The notes: a model not told the origin generated them from the letters alone. A DNA stretch of 64,000 bases from Tubiluchus corallicola (GCA_030141605.1 JAQGDQ010000180.1:310001-374000), one strand, 5' to 3'; positions 49,686-62,859 are shown, counted from the stretch's first letter. Numbers and translations are program-made.

Positions 49686-50633
49686 TTAAGTGGTTACAAA
49701 CCGTGCAGTGCAATATTAAAGCTATTGCAATCGTAAGGCTGGGTGCTGTTACTTTCTCTTTATTGTAAGACCTTGTTTCCCTTGCAATAAATCAAACTTC
49801 ATTATTGTACCCAAATTGTATTGGCTAATCAAACTATAATAATTAGGGCTTAGACGGCGGCAGACAGCAGTTTTTAAACCTTCATTGTATAATAGCTAGA
49901 CGATTGTTTGTTTATTTATTTATTATGACACCATATAACACACATTACACTGCAAGGGTATGCTTATTCATGCAATAATCTGTAGGGGTTAGAAATTTAG
50001 GAATTTTTTTCTTATAGAACGATATTAAAATTTGCCGATGTTGTTTGTGTCGTTGGTTATTTTCCTATGTTTCTGTGCATGGCGCCCCTGAAAATAAATT
50101 ATTGCTTTGATTCAAAAGTTTTACCAAATTAATATTTGAATTTGAGACGCTGCCCTACTTTGTGTTGTTTCTTGTTAAGCTAGTTAAACAGTTGTTTAGA
50201 GAGTGGGGTTTTTGTCGAGTCGATCAAGGGCAATTTTTTCAGTAATAGAGCTCTCTCTCTGCCTGTTTTTTGCGTTTTTTTTATTAGACACCTTTTAGTT
50301 AGTTATAGCAGTGCTTGGTTTTATCTCGTGACTAATTTACAAACCAATTGTGATAGAGTTTAGTCACTTGTTTTATCACATTGTGATGTTAGTGACTTGG
50401 TTCATAAAAGTTTAGTAATAAATTGGCGTTGAGATAGTGGTGTAGTTGTGATTGACGTTTTCTGGCCACTGGTCATACAATTATTCATAACACCAGATCA
50501 GAGGAGTAAAGAAATTTTAAAATCAATTCTTCCATGGTCAATAATCGATCATTTACTTAATCGAGCATTATTTAAGAAATGACAGCATAGTCAAGTAAGT
50601 TACACAGGAACTGTGAAAGCACTGAAAATGAAT

Positions 50634-51009
50634 AACCCTTTGACAGTTCCAGCGATTGATGATGAAGGTCAAAGGTTAACTGTACCAGACAACGCATTTG
50701 TACACTTGACTACGCCTCGCAACCCATGCTGCTATAATAGTAAGAGTTTTAGCAGCTAGCTAGATCCTTACCCAGTTCATTTTTTCTTGTTCCTAAGCAA
50801 GATCCTGCTAGTAAATTACTCTACGCACAGACTAATGCATAATTAAGTAAAGTCCACATAAAACTACTGACGTCTGAACTCATGCGGCAGACGGCTTTGC
50901 TTTACACACATGTGTGGTGACGGTTGTAGTTAAGAAGCATTGCTGTGGTACAATTACCCTTTGACCTTTAGCAACTGCGCATGCGCACAACAAAACCGTG
51001 AAAAGGCTT
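50634..51009 (-). mobile_element. MITE family D copy 4
   Basis: Colinear with 7237-7619; ends GTGAAAAGGCTT|ATT. Confidence 0.7.
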
Positions 51010-52316
51010 ATTCTGTGTCTAAAAAATTAAACTTCCCACACTCAGAATGAATTTAACATTATTTTATGAAATGGTCAGTCACCGGTCAGTCATTGATCAG
51101 ACATCAATAGCCAGTTCTTGCGCAGAACAATTTACGAGAAGAGAAATATTTGAGTTGATCGAAGACTAAAAATTCAATCGACCTATGGGCAATAATCGAA
51201 TATCGGCCATGAATTAAAAGCGCTAAAATGCTCTAAAATGTCCTCAAAACGTTAAAATACCCAAAAAGTTTTGTCTGTCAACACCAAGTTACAGAATGGT
51301 TTGGTGTTTGGTTTATATATAAACACAATGATCTAGCAGCTACAAATAGGTTGAAATTTCCGGTCAGCCAGTAAGTTTTCAGGTAATAATCAGATCATTC
51401 TATTCAATTAGTTTAGTGCAATTTGGTATAGTAAGTGCTTGTGTTTTACATACCGACATTTTTTAATTGCTTCAGGACCGCACCAATGAAAATAAGTCTT
51501 ATAAGACCGGTGGCTTTTCTGCTACTGTATGAGCTCAGACATAATTAAATGATTACAAATTAGTACAATTTTATTTGGGAGAACCTCGGCTATCCAATCA
51601 TGCTGTTTGTTTAAACATTTATAAGTGATTTAATTTTACCAACACGCCCTCTTCAGGCATTCCAGCTTAGCCTATTGACTAGCTTAGTCTGGTGTACACT
51701 TGCGCGATTGTACACACTTCCCACAGCAGGAGCTACCCAGTGTTCTGCTGCTATTCCAATCAGCCAAGGGCAAATTAAGGTTGTTTCACCTTTTAATAGG
51801 AATTTTTCCTTAAAAACAGACCTGAGGCCAAAGTGTATCAGAGTGTTGTGTCTGGATAATTAAAATTTTCTGCAATAACCAATTTGACAAGAGATACCCT
51901 ACATTGTTACGGGGCAAACACTGCAGTTGCTGCAAGCTTTTTTCAATTTTTTGTGAAAATTGATTTTTAATTTGTCTAAAGTAAGCAATTGCATTTCATA
52001 TATAATTTTACATGAAAATCCATTGTGTGAGGAGTAGAAACCTATAAAAATTATCAATTATAACGTAATCGCTGCTTAGTGAGAGCAGCTTTTCATGAAC
52101 CCATGCAAAATGTACCAAACGCTTCCGGTCTTGAAGGAGTTAAACCACGCAAGCAAGTACAAAATATACCATTTTTAGTCTTTTGATACTCCTTTTACAT
52201 AGACTAGTTTTTACTGTACAATATACAAACTGTACAATATCTAGAATAGAATTACCTTGGTAACGAAATCTTTCTGAAGTTCCATTTTAAAAAAAACCAC
52301 ATGTGTATAATAACAC

Positions 52317-52322
<6 letters not shown>

Positions 52323-52388
<66 letters not shown>

Positions 52389-52406
52389 AATAACAACAAC
52401 AACAAT

Positions 52407-52439
<33 letters not shown>

Positions 52440-52446
52440 AATAATA
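52323..52446. repeat. (AAT)n/(AAC)n compound microsatellite
   Basis: Direct reading. Confidence 0.95.
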
Positions 52447-54049
52447 TTGACTAAGACTTAATAATAATTTATTGACTATGCAGCACTTTACAATACAATT
52501 CATTACAATACATGTAAACATTATAATTTACAAATACATTACAAATGCATTCCATAATACATATTACATTTGCATAACAAGTGAATCCAAGAAAAAAATC
52601 TACACAGACGGAAAACCGCACGTGGAGTATAATCCTCATATAATAGAATAATAATAATAATAAACTTTATTTACATTATTTTAGATGTAAGAAGTAATAC
52701 TAGCAAAGAACAAATACGGACTGTAAATTTCATTAAAGAAGTTATATGGGTTCTAGAACGTAATTGTTTTGATTTTTTGACAAGAATGAGCCGTACGCCA
52801 TACTAACATATCATACTCTCACTTAATTGTGTATATTCACACTGCTTGTTAATCTTGTTAATTAATGTTATTTTAAACGTTGATCTATTTGCTTCTTTGA
52901 TGTTTATTGTACCACAAATATAATATATAACATATTACAATTGTACATATAGATACTGAGTTATAAATTTGTTACGGTTCTGTCTGTCTTCTCACTAGAT
53001 TCTAAATTAACTTTCGAGGTGTTATGAATAGGATGTATATTAAACCTGCTACATGCTGTTCGTCAAAATTGCTTAATCCAGCTGAGTTGACCACAATAAT
53101 AGGGTCTTTCTGTCGTCGAACTACTCTAATTTCTGAGATGATTGTAAGAAATGGCCCAGCCAAATGGTGGGACCATTCTTGTACGTCAAAACATCCGTTC
53201 AAATCGAAGGTCACTCTATTCGCCAGCCCAACCTGAGAATTGAACCTTGTTCTGGTACCTGGATGGGTTATTCTTAGCAAACCCCTCTACGCTGCTACCG
53301 TCGATCTTTCCTGCATTAAACTTGATTCGAGATCTTACTTGTTAAGCGTATTTGACGACCATCTAAAATATGACTTATGAGAATTTAATGGGTTTCGTTT
53401 GTTGGGTGGTTTAATAAAAAGGTGACACACGTGCCGAAGATGGGTCCGCCTCTCCGTACGGCATTTCAAAATGTTAATTTCTGCGTGTCTGATTACCCGA
53501 CTAAAATGGAATAAGTGGCTAACATTAGCAGAAATTGTTGGCAGAGCAGACATTAATCTCCACGAATCGACGTATAAATAATGTAATTATCTCAATCGTT
53601 TCGTGATCTTGAAAGTGAAAGGTGCATTTTGTTTAACTGAAAGTATTTCCTACGTAATTAAAATTCCAAGCTAAGCGAATTTCAGGGTTAACGAAGTTTG
53701 ATAGAAAACACAGTAGATATTAATTAAAATTTTATTATTTGACTGAAGCACTCGTTTTCTCTCTTTCCGGTATGATTCAATAAGTTTATTGTGAGAAAAG
53801 TATTGTTCAGCTACAACTGCATTATAATTTACCGGGATTAATACTGAAGGAAAATTAATTTAATTGGACGCTTTTATACAGTAAGGCTACCAAATATTGA
53901 ATATTCAGAATTTTAAATATTCAGTCGTCAATGTCATCATTGCATTTGCCTTTGGCAAATAGTCATCATCCAATCAGTGAACAAGTGTTTAATCAATCAG
54001 TGTTAAATTAGTTATTTAACCATTAAATTAATCAGTTAGTCTTCGGAAG

Positions 54050-54097
54050 TCATCACTATCATGGTCATTGCTATCATCATTATCAGTGTGATCATCG

Positions 54098-54151
<54 letters not shown>

Positions 54152-54193
54152 CCGTCATCATCGTGATCATCATCATCATCATCATCATAACCG

Positions 54194-54241
<48 letters not shown>

Positions 54242-54305
54242 CCATCATCATCATCGTCGTCGTCGTCGTCATCGTCATCACCATCGTCACCGTCATCATT
54301 GTCGT
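54050..54305. repeat. (ATC)n microsatellite with ACC/GTC variants
   Basis: Direct reading. Confidence 0.95.
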
Positions 54306-56153
54306 TGTTAATGAGTTATGATTTAGGCCTGGTTTAGACAGAAAAGCAATTGTACAATAATTATTAATAAGACATGTTCACCAAAGTCTGAATTAAGTTT
54401 CGAAGCTGGTAGAAAAAAAATCCAATTATGATCCACTGGAATTGATTAAAATTGCATTATTCAGTACACGATCAGGTTTAATCAATGATAACATTTTCTA
54501 GTATATCGGTATTAGAGCTCTAATTTCAATAATACATGGCAAAAGTTTATCGGAACCTTTAGAAATATCGATAAGCAATTCCCATTAAATTCCTCGTGCC
54601 TAAAAGCCGCTGCATTGTATAGTAAATTACAGATTTCGTTTGATGTGGAGTGTTTGTATTGTTGTTCATCTACAAGCTGAAACGGAAACACGCTTGTACT
54701 GCCATGGCCTTACGCATGGGGTTATTATTTCATTTACAAGCGCATAGTTTACAGTGTGAAGGCTACTGAGCATTTTGTGCAGTTGTACATTGTCCGGAGA
54801 TGAGAAAGAGAAATCTAGCGTTTCTTGTAAATAAAAATCCTTTTTTTGAAACAAGGCTTCACAGTCCGTGCCGCTACCAAATTTCGGCTGAGTACTGAAT
54901 CTAAGGCCCATTTCACGGTCAAGACGCATTTAAAAATGACGCACGGAATGTTGTCAGAAAATCAGAAAATATTTAGAAAATATCAGAGTTTTTATGGAAA
55001 TCCCACGCAGCAAAAGGTTCATTTCACAGTGAAACCGCGCGGGGTTTTTTTCGTGCGTTCGGTCAGCTGTAGCTGCACTGAGAAGTTTTATACTGTATAA
55101 TCATGTCTAAATTAAATTATACTTGCCGTATTTCTCATATACAAAGTACAATTACTAATGTAAGTCAATGTAATGCCAGACCTGTTCGTCTTTTAGTAAA
55201 GTTCTACTAATTACTTCAAAATCTGAAAATATATATATGTAAAATAAATGTACATTCTTTTCCATGAATATAGCCATCGATGTTGCGTTAATAAGGCATA
55301 AAAACGCAAGTCTGTTAAAAGAGAGATTAAATTACGCTGAAATGTGTTAATTGTTGTTCGTTAAATAAGAAAGAAGTAATTGAAGTAGTTAAATTTAAGA
55401 CTGAATTCCGCGAGGATTCCTCACGAACATGGAATATGCAGTATTTATACCATGCGGCAAAATTCCAAACGAGAAGGACGCATAGCTTCTAGCTGGCGGC
55501 ATAATTCCTCACGAGGAGGACGCATAGCTTCCAGCTAGCAGGAGAATTCCTCACGAAGAATTTTGCGCCGTGTATCCTCACAATGAAATGGGTGTAAGAA
55601 GACGGTCTAATCGTGAAAGTTAATGCATAAACTGTGAACTCAAGCAAAATAAGTCGCGGACTCTTAAAGAAGGCATTACATAATTTAATTATTTTTCAAT
55701 TTAATTTCAAATACCTTATTAATGGTGGAACGACACACAATTAACGGAAATATTTAAAACCAAATTTAAGGGAATGTGAAAAGTCGAGAACTAGTTGACC
55801 AGCCAACGAGAACCTGTCACGATCGCTGGGATACGATAGTCTAGGGGTTATGGCGTCTTTCAGCAAGCAAAAAGTCCATGGTTCAAATCCAAGCTGCATT
55901 CCGACTGTTCACATTCCTGTTTTTCAAGTAACTCGGTTTGAAAAAAAAACCAATTTAACGTGTGTTTATTCTGTCAGAGCATTGTGTGTTGTCGTTTTTA
56001 ATGTAATGTTGATGGGATGCTGCAGAACTTATTTACGAAGGTCCCTAAAAACGAACATAGTTACGCATAATGGCATATTATTATTGAACATAGACAGACA
56101 GGGTGTCACGCCTACAGGCGAAAATTCGGGTATCCACTTGCGCAGTAAATTAA

Positions 56154-56741
56154 AGCTAAACCGGACCCAATCTTAAACTGTAGGTCAAAACAATCTACGC
56201 TTTAGAATATTGAAAGGAAACATGCTACTTTTTTAAATGACTTGCGTGAAAGAATTATTACCACACAAACATAATTTCACTTTCGTACCACTAGTTCCTC
56301 GATATTACATGCATTTCGCCATTAGATGGGCACTAGCGTCTGAATTTCGGAAACACGTTACATGAAAAACAGGTGCCGTACCTCTCAGTTCGGAGCTGTT
56401 CGCTGGTGGCGTAACACACACGTTCAAGAGCTCACGCGTGAGCATAGATATATCTTACAACTTGCCGAGTTTTAGTACAACACACTGCATCTCTTACAGT
56501 AGCACTGTACTTGATTTTTCGCCTTTGCAAACACGAAAAACGCGCTAATAGCATATTTTTGCTGTAGAAAATTATATTGGTTTGTGATGTCACCAATAGT
56601 TGGGGTTGCCCGCCTTTGATTAAATTTTTGACCTATTATTTAATTATCAAAAACGCTTTTGCCGCACGATTGTTGTTGAAATGTATGCGTTTTATCTTAT
56701 TTAAAAATGGGGTTCTATATGAAAAATCATCCTGTCTTCCT
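56154..56741 (+). mobile_element. Kolobok-like MITE family A copy 4
   Basis: TTAA|AGCTAAACCGGAC...AATCATCCTGTCTTCCT|TTAA. Confidence 0.8.
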
Positions 56742-56915
56742 TTAAGCAAAGCATCCTGGGACGCCCTGCTGGTTCTACGAAGCCAAGCACTGAATGCTTT
56801 GATGTGATTCAGACAACCACTTATTTGGCCAAGAGTTTTAAACTGTGTCATCCAGATCAAATTAAAGCAAACGAAAATACTAAACACGTCTAATCAGTCA
56901 AATGATTTTTTTCAG

Positions 56916-57106
56916 TGCATGCAGCTCCTTCAGTCGCGAGATCAAAACGACAAACCAGCTTCTTGTTTTTCCGAGATTTTCCGGTAGAAATTTTAGATTC
57001 TTGTGAGATTGGCAATGCGACGTATGTGTCAGACGCCTTCGACTGCACCATATTTTACGTTTGCGACCGAGGAATTCCCCTGGTAAAGGCGTGTCCATTC
57101 GGCACG
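56916..57106 (+). CDS. Chitin deacetylase-like protein, exon 2 (propeptide RSKR/Q and start of the CBM14 chitin-binding domain)
   Basis: ttttttcAG|...|GTAAGT; (V)HAAPSVARSKRQTS...CEIGNATYVSDAFDCTIFYVCDRGIPLVKACPFGT. Confidence 0.88.
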
Positions 57107-57134
57107 GTAAGTGAAACGTGTCTTTCTATACTAG

Positions 57135-57245
57135 CAGGACCTATTTCAGGGGGGGGGGAAGTGGGGATACTTCCCCGGGGCCTAACCCTCCTGGGGGCCT
57201 CGTGCAAAGGTAACATTTTTTTGCTTTATGCGAACATACTGCCTC

Positions 57246-57282
<37 letters not shown>

Positions 57283-57483
57283 GCCGCACGTGCGCCGTTT
57301 GCCAGTATTGACAAGTATTAATGACTAGTCTTGAGAATAAAGCAGTTTTTCTTTCAATTGTTCTTTCCTTTAACAACTGTATAACTCCATATTTTCTCTT
57401 CGAAAATGCTTCTCCGGCGTTTTAGCAGTTCAAAAATTTTCTCGCACGCCCCACTTCCCCGGACCTCGCTTAAATAGGCCCTG
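57135..57483. mobile_element. hAT MITE in intron 2 of the deacetylase-like gene
   Basis: TIR CAGGACCTATTT/AAATAGGCCCTG; perfect 8-bp TSD TATACTAG. Confidence 0.85.
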
Positions 57484-57953
57484 TATACTAGACCTCTGAA
57501 ATGAATACTTTAGTGAGCAGCTAGATTGTGACGTCATCATGGTTGTCACGGCAACAATGTACAGCACAGGCCAAAATCAACTGCATAAATACAAGAAAAT
57601 CAATAACTTTCTTACCAACTTGTTGCATATCTGACACAAAAATCTGAGTAATGTCAGCATAAATTTTAGCATTACGATGTTCTAAGGTTTTATTTAAAAC
57701 CTGTAAATTAACAACTAATTTAATTTTAATTTTATTTAAATGGCTTAGAGTTGGCGCCAGCAATTTAATGTCATTCAAATATTAACTCGCTGTATATTTA
57801 ATTAGGCTTATGTTACCAGCTTTGAAGAAAACAATGGTCACAAAACGATTGGCTGAGTGGGTTGCTAGGAGACGAGATCGTTGAACTTAAAAGCTGGAGA
57901 TTTCTAACCTGTAACAAAATCCAAATTCTTTGCATTTTAAATTTCTTTAACAG

Positions 57954-58191
57954 ATTTGGACTCCGGAGGGTCCACACAGTGGACGCTGCGAGGATCCGGA
58001 CAATGCGGTCAACGAGCATTGCGGCTTTCAATCACCGGACAGCAACTCTTTCTTAGCCAATGCTCGCCTTCAGGCTCAAATGATGACCGAATGTGACTAC
58101 CAGTGTCAGAATTCTGATGTCTGCATGCCATTTAATGCAATCTGCAATGGTAAAGAGGAATGTGAGGAAGGAGACGATGAAGAAAACTGCG
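57954..58191 (+). CDS. Chitin deacetylase-like protein, exon 3 (end of CBM14 plus LDL-receptor class A domain)
   Basis: ttctttaacAG|...|GTAGGT; IWTPEGPHSGRCEDPDNAVNEHC...CDYQCQNSDVCMPFNAICNGKEECEEGDDEENC; absent from the ORF track. Confidence 0.9.
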
Positions 58192-58254
58192 GTAGGTGGG
58201 GCTAGTGGCACACTGATGAACATATCATTGTCATTGTTCGACTGTTCGTCATCA

Positions 58255-58632
58255 GTAGACATAGACACAGATATAGAAATAGACTTGGACATAGACACAG
58301 ACATAGACATAGACATAGACATAGACATAGACATAGATATAGACATAGACATAGACATAGACATAAACATAGAAATAGACATAGACATAGACATCGTCAT
58401 AAACACAGACAGAGACACAGATATAGACACAGACGTAGAAATACACTTGGACATAGACATAGTCATAAACACAGACATAGACATAGACATAGACATAGAC
58501 ATAGACATAGACATAAATATGCCTATGCCTAAGCCAACGCCTACGTTTACGTCTACGCTTACGCCTACGTTTACGCCTAGGTCTACGTCTTCATCTATGC
58601 ATACGTCTACGCCTGCGTCTATGTCTATGTCA
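58255..58632. repeat. Hexamer microsatellite (ATAGAC)n followed by an inverted (GTCTAC/GTCTAT)n tract
   Basis: Direct reading; lies in intron 3. Confidence 0.9.
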
Positions 58633-58713
58633 ATGTGCAATTAACTGAGCAAATTATTAATTGACCTAACAAGATACTTATGTTATGTCACAAGTATTTT
58701 ATTATGATTGCAG

Positions 58714-58871
58714 CGGAGGAATGTGACAAGGAGACGTGTCAACTCCCTGAATGTTGGTGCAGCGGAACAGATATTCCAGGAGATCTACTTCCGGAGGAAA
58801 CACCTCAAATGATACTGATGACATGGGAGAGCGCAGTTCGCTTGGAAGACTATATTCAACTCTATAAACAA
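58714..58871 (+). CDS. Chitin deacetylase-like protein, exon 4 (start of the CE4/NodB-like domain)
   Basis: (A)EECDKETCQLPECWCSGTDIPGDLLPEETPQMILMTWESAV...; CxLPxCxCS..IPG.L....PQM signature of animal CDAs; AG/GT boundaries in phase. Confidence 0.92.
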
Positions 58872-59410
58872 GTGAATTATGTTCCTTATATCTTTTAGTT
58901 TAATAGCTAATTCATCTAATTCATTGTTGAAATCATATCCAAACATAGTAATATTTTATTGGTATTGTCCAGATTTGTCAATGTGTTTATCATTTTCATC
59001 ACACCAATATCGATGAATAAAAATGTAATTAAACCAATATTTACGTTATTGTTCTGAAATCGAACTTGATCAGTTGAAAAGAAACGTGAAAAAGTTATGG
59101 TCGAATCTCGATTTGAACTTGGGATCTTTGAATTATAAGTCCAAAGCCATGACCTACATAGGTTTTGGTACATTTTTGTACGTTCTTTACAAATTTGCCC
59201 TTTTGTTTATTTTGAATAATTAATTTGCTCTTAACGGTTTATTGACTTTTTAATTGTTTCCTCGTTTATTTATTTTTCTTTCCATCAATTTATTCGATCT
59301 TTTGTTATCAAAAGCGGTATTAATATAATGAAAATTTGGTTTTTTAAATTCATGAAAATTGCGACAAATTCATAAAGTAGTTGTTGTAAATGTTGTATAA
59401 AAAAACTTAA

Positions 59411-60026
59411 AGCAAAACCGGACTCAATCTTAAACTGTAGATCAAAACAATCTACTCTTTAAAACATTGAAAGGAACCATACTGTTTTTTTTTCAAATAT
59501 GACGTGAAAGAATTATTACCATACAAACACAATTTCGCGTTCGCGCCACTAGTTCTTCGCTGTTACATGCATTTCGCCATTCGATAGTTAGACGGGCACT
59601 AGCGCCTGCATTTCGGAGACGCATTGCACAAAAACAGGTGTTGTACCTCGCAGTTCAGATGTGTCAGTTTGTGACGAATTGCACACGTTCAACAGCTCAT
59701 GCGTGAGCACAGCGGTAAATTTGAGCTTTAAATTTCATCTTAAGGCTTCCTAGTTTTAGTACAACACACTGAAGATCTTACAGTAGCACTGTACTTCAAT
59801 TTCCACTTTCACAAACACGTCCAACACGGTCATGGAATATTTTTGGGTTTGAAAATTATGTTAGTTTGTGATGTCATCAATAATTGGGCTCACCCGCTGT
59901 TAATTAAGTTTTTAATCTATTATTTAATTATCAGAATCGCTTTTGCAGTATTAATTGTGTTAATATGTATACTGTCTATCGGACTTGACAAATGGGGTAA
60001 TATATGAAAAATCATCCTGTCTTCCT
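59411..60026 (+). mobile_element. Kolobok-like MITE family A copy 5 (possible extended right end to 60108)
   Basis: TTAA-flanked; a second GTCTTCCT|TTAA end at 60101-60112. Confidence 0.8.
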
Positions 60027-60208
60027 TTAAGCAAAGCATCCTGTGACGCCTTGCTCGTTTTACGAAGCCAAGCACTGAATGCTTTGATGTGGTTAAGACA
60101 GTCTTCCTTTAATAAACATGAATACGTTACAAGTTCGCGTCTGACTGAATATTGCAAGAAAACCGTGAGGAATCGATTCTTTTCTTTACCTGTCTAATAT
60201 TTTCACAG

Positions 60209-60369
60209 ATATTCACTCGACTAACACGTGGAAGGAGACGGGAAGTTAGGAAAAATCCCAATAATTGTCCCATCACAGCCACATTCTACGTGAGTCATCA
60301 GTTTACGGATTATGCAATCACACAACAGTTGTATGCTGATGGTAATGAAATTGCTGCTCTATCAATCAG
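60209..60369 (+). CDS. Chitin deacetylase-like protein, exon 5
   Basis: ttttcacAG|...AG|GTATT; IFTRLTRGRRREVRKNPNNCPITATFYVSHQFTDYAITQQLYADGNEIAALSI(S), matching the RxNPNGC...TFFVSH..T.Y...GHEI consensus of animal CDAs. Confidence 0.92.
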
Positions 60370-61162
60370 GTATTAATAATCACCAGGTATTTCCAGTATA
60401 GAAAATTGAGTAAAATAATTTGTTTAATGTTTATATATTCTTGTGGTTAAAACTGCTTGCTGATTATTGTTGTTTATTGTGTGGCGTGTGAAGTAGCCAC
60501 GATGGGCATGGCAAACTATCAAGACTTGATTGAATAAGCAACACATTTATTGAATATCAAACACAACACGGTAAATATAAGAGTATAGTAATGCCAGCCC
60601 TCCGTCTTCAAGTCAGTTTCTAATCTCCCCCGAAGTGCGGGCCTCAAAACACTATTGTCTAACTACCTAATGCGCCGCGAGCTTCTGCGCATAAGGATTA
60701 CATTATCAATCTTTACTTCTGAGTCAGCGGGTCGAACATCAGCTGATCACGTGATGCCACACCTAACTAGACTTCTACTCACGACGGCAGTTTAATCTTG
60801 CATCGTCAAGCACTTAATCTTGAATTATAAATTTAATAATTTACTCAATATTTAACACAGCTTTTCTTTACTAATTGTATTTCAGTATAAGCACTGAGCT
60901 GGTTATGAGAGACAACAAAATACTTGAAAACTGCCTCACCGATTTATTGCAATTTTTAATTTGAATACGAATTTTTGATTTCTAAAGCAACATTCACAAC
61001 TAATCGAATAAAAGATTTCGATATTTACACCTGACTTTTTTGTTTTTAGCTAAGATTTATACATTATTATTAAGGATTTCATACAAACAGATTTACTATC
61101 TTTTAAACTATTATCTACCATTTACGAGTGAGTATCAAAAAAAACCCAACGTACTACATACA

Positions 61163-61435
61163 TACTTCAGGTGCCCTTTTTCTTGTCCCTTAGGACTCTT
61201 TACATCTAATGGAAATAAATTTTGTTGATATAACTGTAACAATCTATTTTCGGGGTTCACTCTACTCACGTTTAATGCTTTGAATATCACTTGTTATTTT
61301 GCCTGGTCTTATGAATCATGATAAAATGACGACGTACAAATAATAATAATATTTGCATAATTCAATTTTACCTACATATAAATACGTCGTTGTATATTCC
61401 GATATTTGCTAGTGAGTTACTTTTGAAACACCCTG
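61163..61435 (-). mobile_element. Partial Tc1/mariner-like MITE (terminal part)
   Basis: Ends GAAACACCCTG|TA; reverse complement of 62051-62303. Confidence 0.65.
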
Positions 61436-61449
61436 TATATACATATATT

Positions 61450-61514
<65 letters not shown>
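61436..61514. repeat. (TA)n microsatellite
   Basis: Direct reading. Confidence 0.95.
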
Positions 61515-61518
<4 letters not shown>

Positions 61519-62050
61519 GTTATCTTTTGAAAAAAAACAAAAAAAAATAATGACATATTTCTGGAAACCTAGTTTTTTGATTGAATTTTAGAAATTAATT
61601 TTACAGTGGCTGAATAAATTTGGGAATTTTCCTGACGTGATTAATGTATGCCTTCAGATTATACAAATCTGTCGTTTCACAAACGTGTCATTTCCGTACT
61701 GCAGTGTTTCTAGCGGGTGACAAATTAATTAAATTCTTGTTTCAGTAAACCCGGGATATAAAATTAATTTGTTATAACACAAATGAAACAATTTTGATGT
61801 TTTTACAAGTCTTGACTGACAAATATTGAGAATCGTTGTTCATACAAAGTAATAACAGCCAGGAAATTGGGTTATGCAAATTTGTTTTTTTTTCAAAAGG
61901 TAACTTTCATATATACATATATATATATATATATGTATAATATGTGCACGCGCACACACACACACGCACACGCACACACGCACGCACGCACGCACGCACA
62001 ACTTTGTTTATGGTACTTTGGTGGGAGTTCAGTGTTCACTGTACACTGTA

Positions 62051-62726
62051 CAGGGTGTTTCAAAAGTATGCTCACTAGCAAATATCGGAATATACAAAGA
62101 CGTATTTATAAGTAGGTAAAATGGAATTACGCAAACATGATTATTATTTGTACGTCGTCATCATATCATAATTCATAAGACTAGGTAAAATAACAAGTAT
62201 TGAAAGTATCAAACATGAGTAGATTGTTACAGTTATATCAAGAAAATTTATTTCCACTAGACATAAAGAGTCCTAAGGGACAAGAAAGGGGGTACCTGAA
62301 GTAGGTTTCAGAAAATCGCCTCCCAAACATTTGGCACAAACATTTTAAATTATTAGTCTAGTTACAAAAGTCTTTCCAGCACGTAAGTGAAATGCTAAGT
62401 AACATAGATTTGCACGGAAAGTTTTTTGGGTCATAATTTAACATTGCCATTTCTTTCCCTGATTTACGTGGCGTAATGTAATGGCGCCGTCGGAACAGTA
62501 TTGTGGGAGATTTAAAATGAAAACAAACGAAACTTCCTTTCAACGCGAGTACGATATGTGCATAAAATTGCTGTAAAGTAGTATAATTTTAAAGGCAATT
62601 TTCTGAAGCCTACTTCAGGTGCCCATTTTCTTGTCCTTGAAGACTGTACCACCTTATATTAATTTGATCAACGTATTTCAGCACATTACTATTTTTCTTC
62701 TGCACTGTTTCTTCTGGGACACCCTG
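62051..62726 (+). mobile_element. Tc1/mariner-like MITE
   Basis: TA|CAGGGTGT...ACACCCTG|TA. Confidence 0.75.
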
Positions 62727-62859
62727 TACTGCTCTATAGGTATCTAGTCTAAATAAAATTTTATTTAGTTAGCAAAGGGAAGATAAAAAATAACGAAAGA
62801 TTAAAGACAAGAACCTTCTTTGTAACTTTTGCTTGAAAATCTTTGTTCTTTTGTTTCAG

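Noticed and set aside
53002-53553. ORFs of 70-92 aa in CDA intron 1
   Set aside because: No recognisable domain or consistent splice sites; probably a decayed retroelement fragment
54036-54321. Poly-Met and poly-Ile ORFs
   Set aside because: (ATC)n microsatellite
58053-58644. 183-195-aa ORFs with DIDIDI/MSMSMS repeats
   Set aside because: They span a hexamer satellite in intron 3; the real exon (57954-58191) is in a different frame
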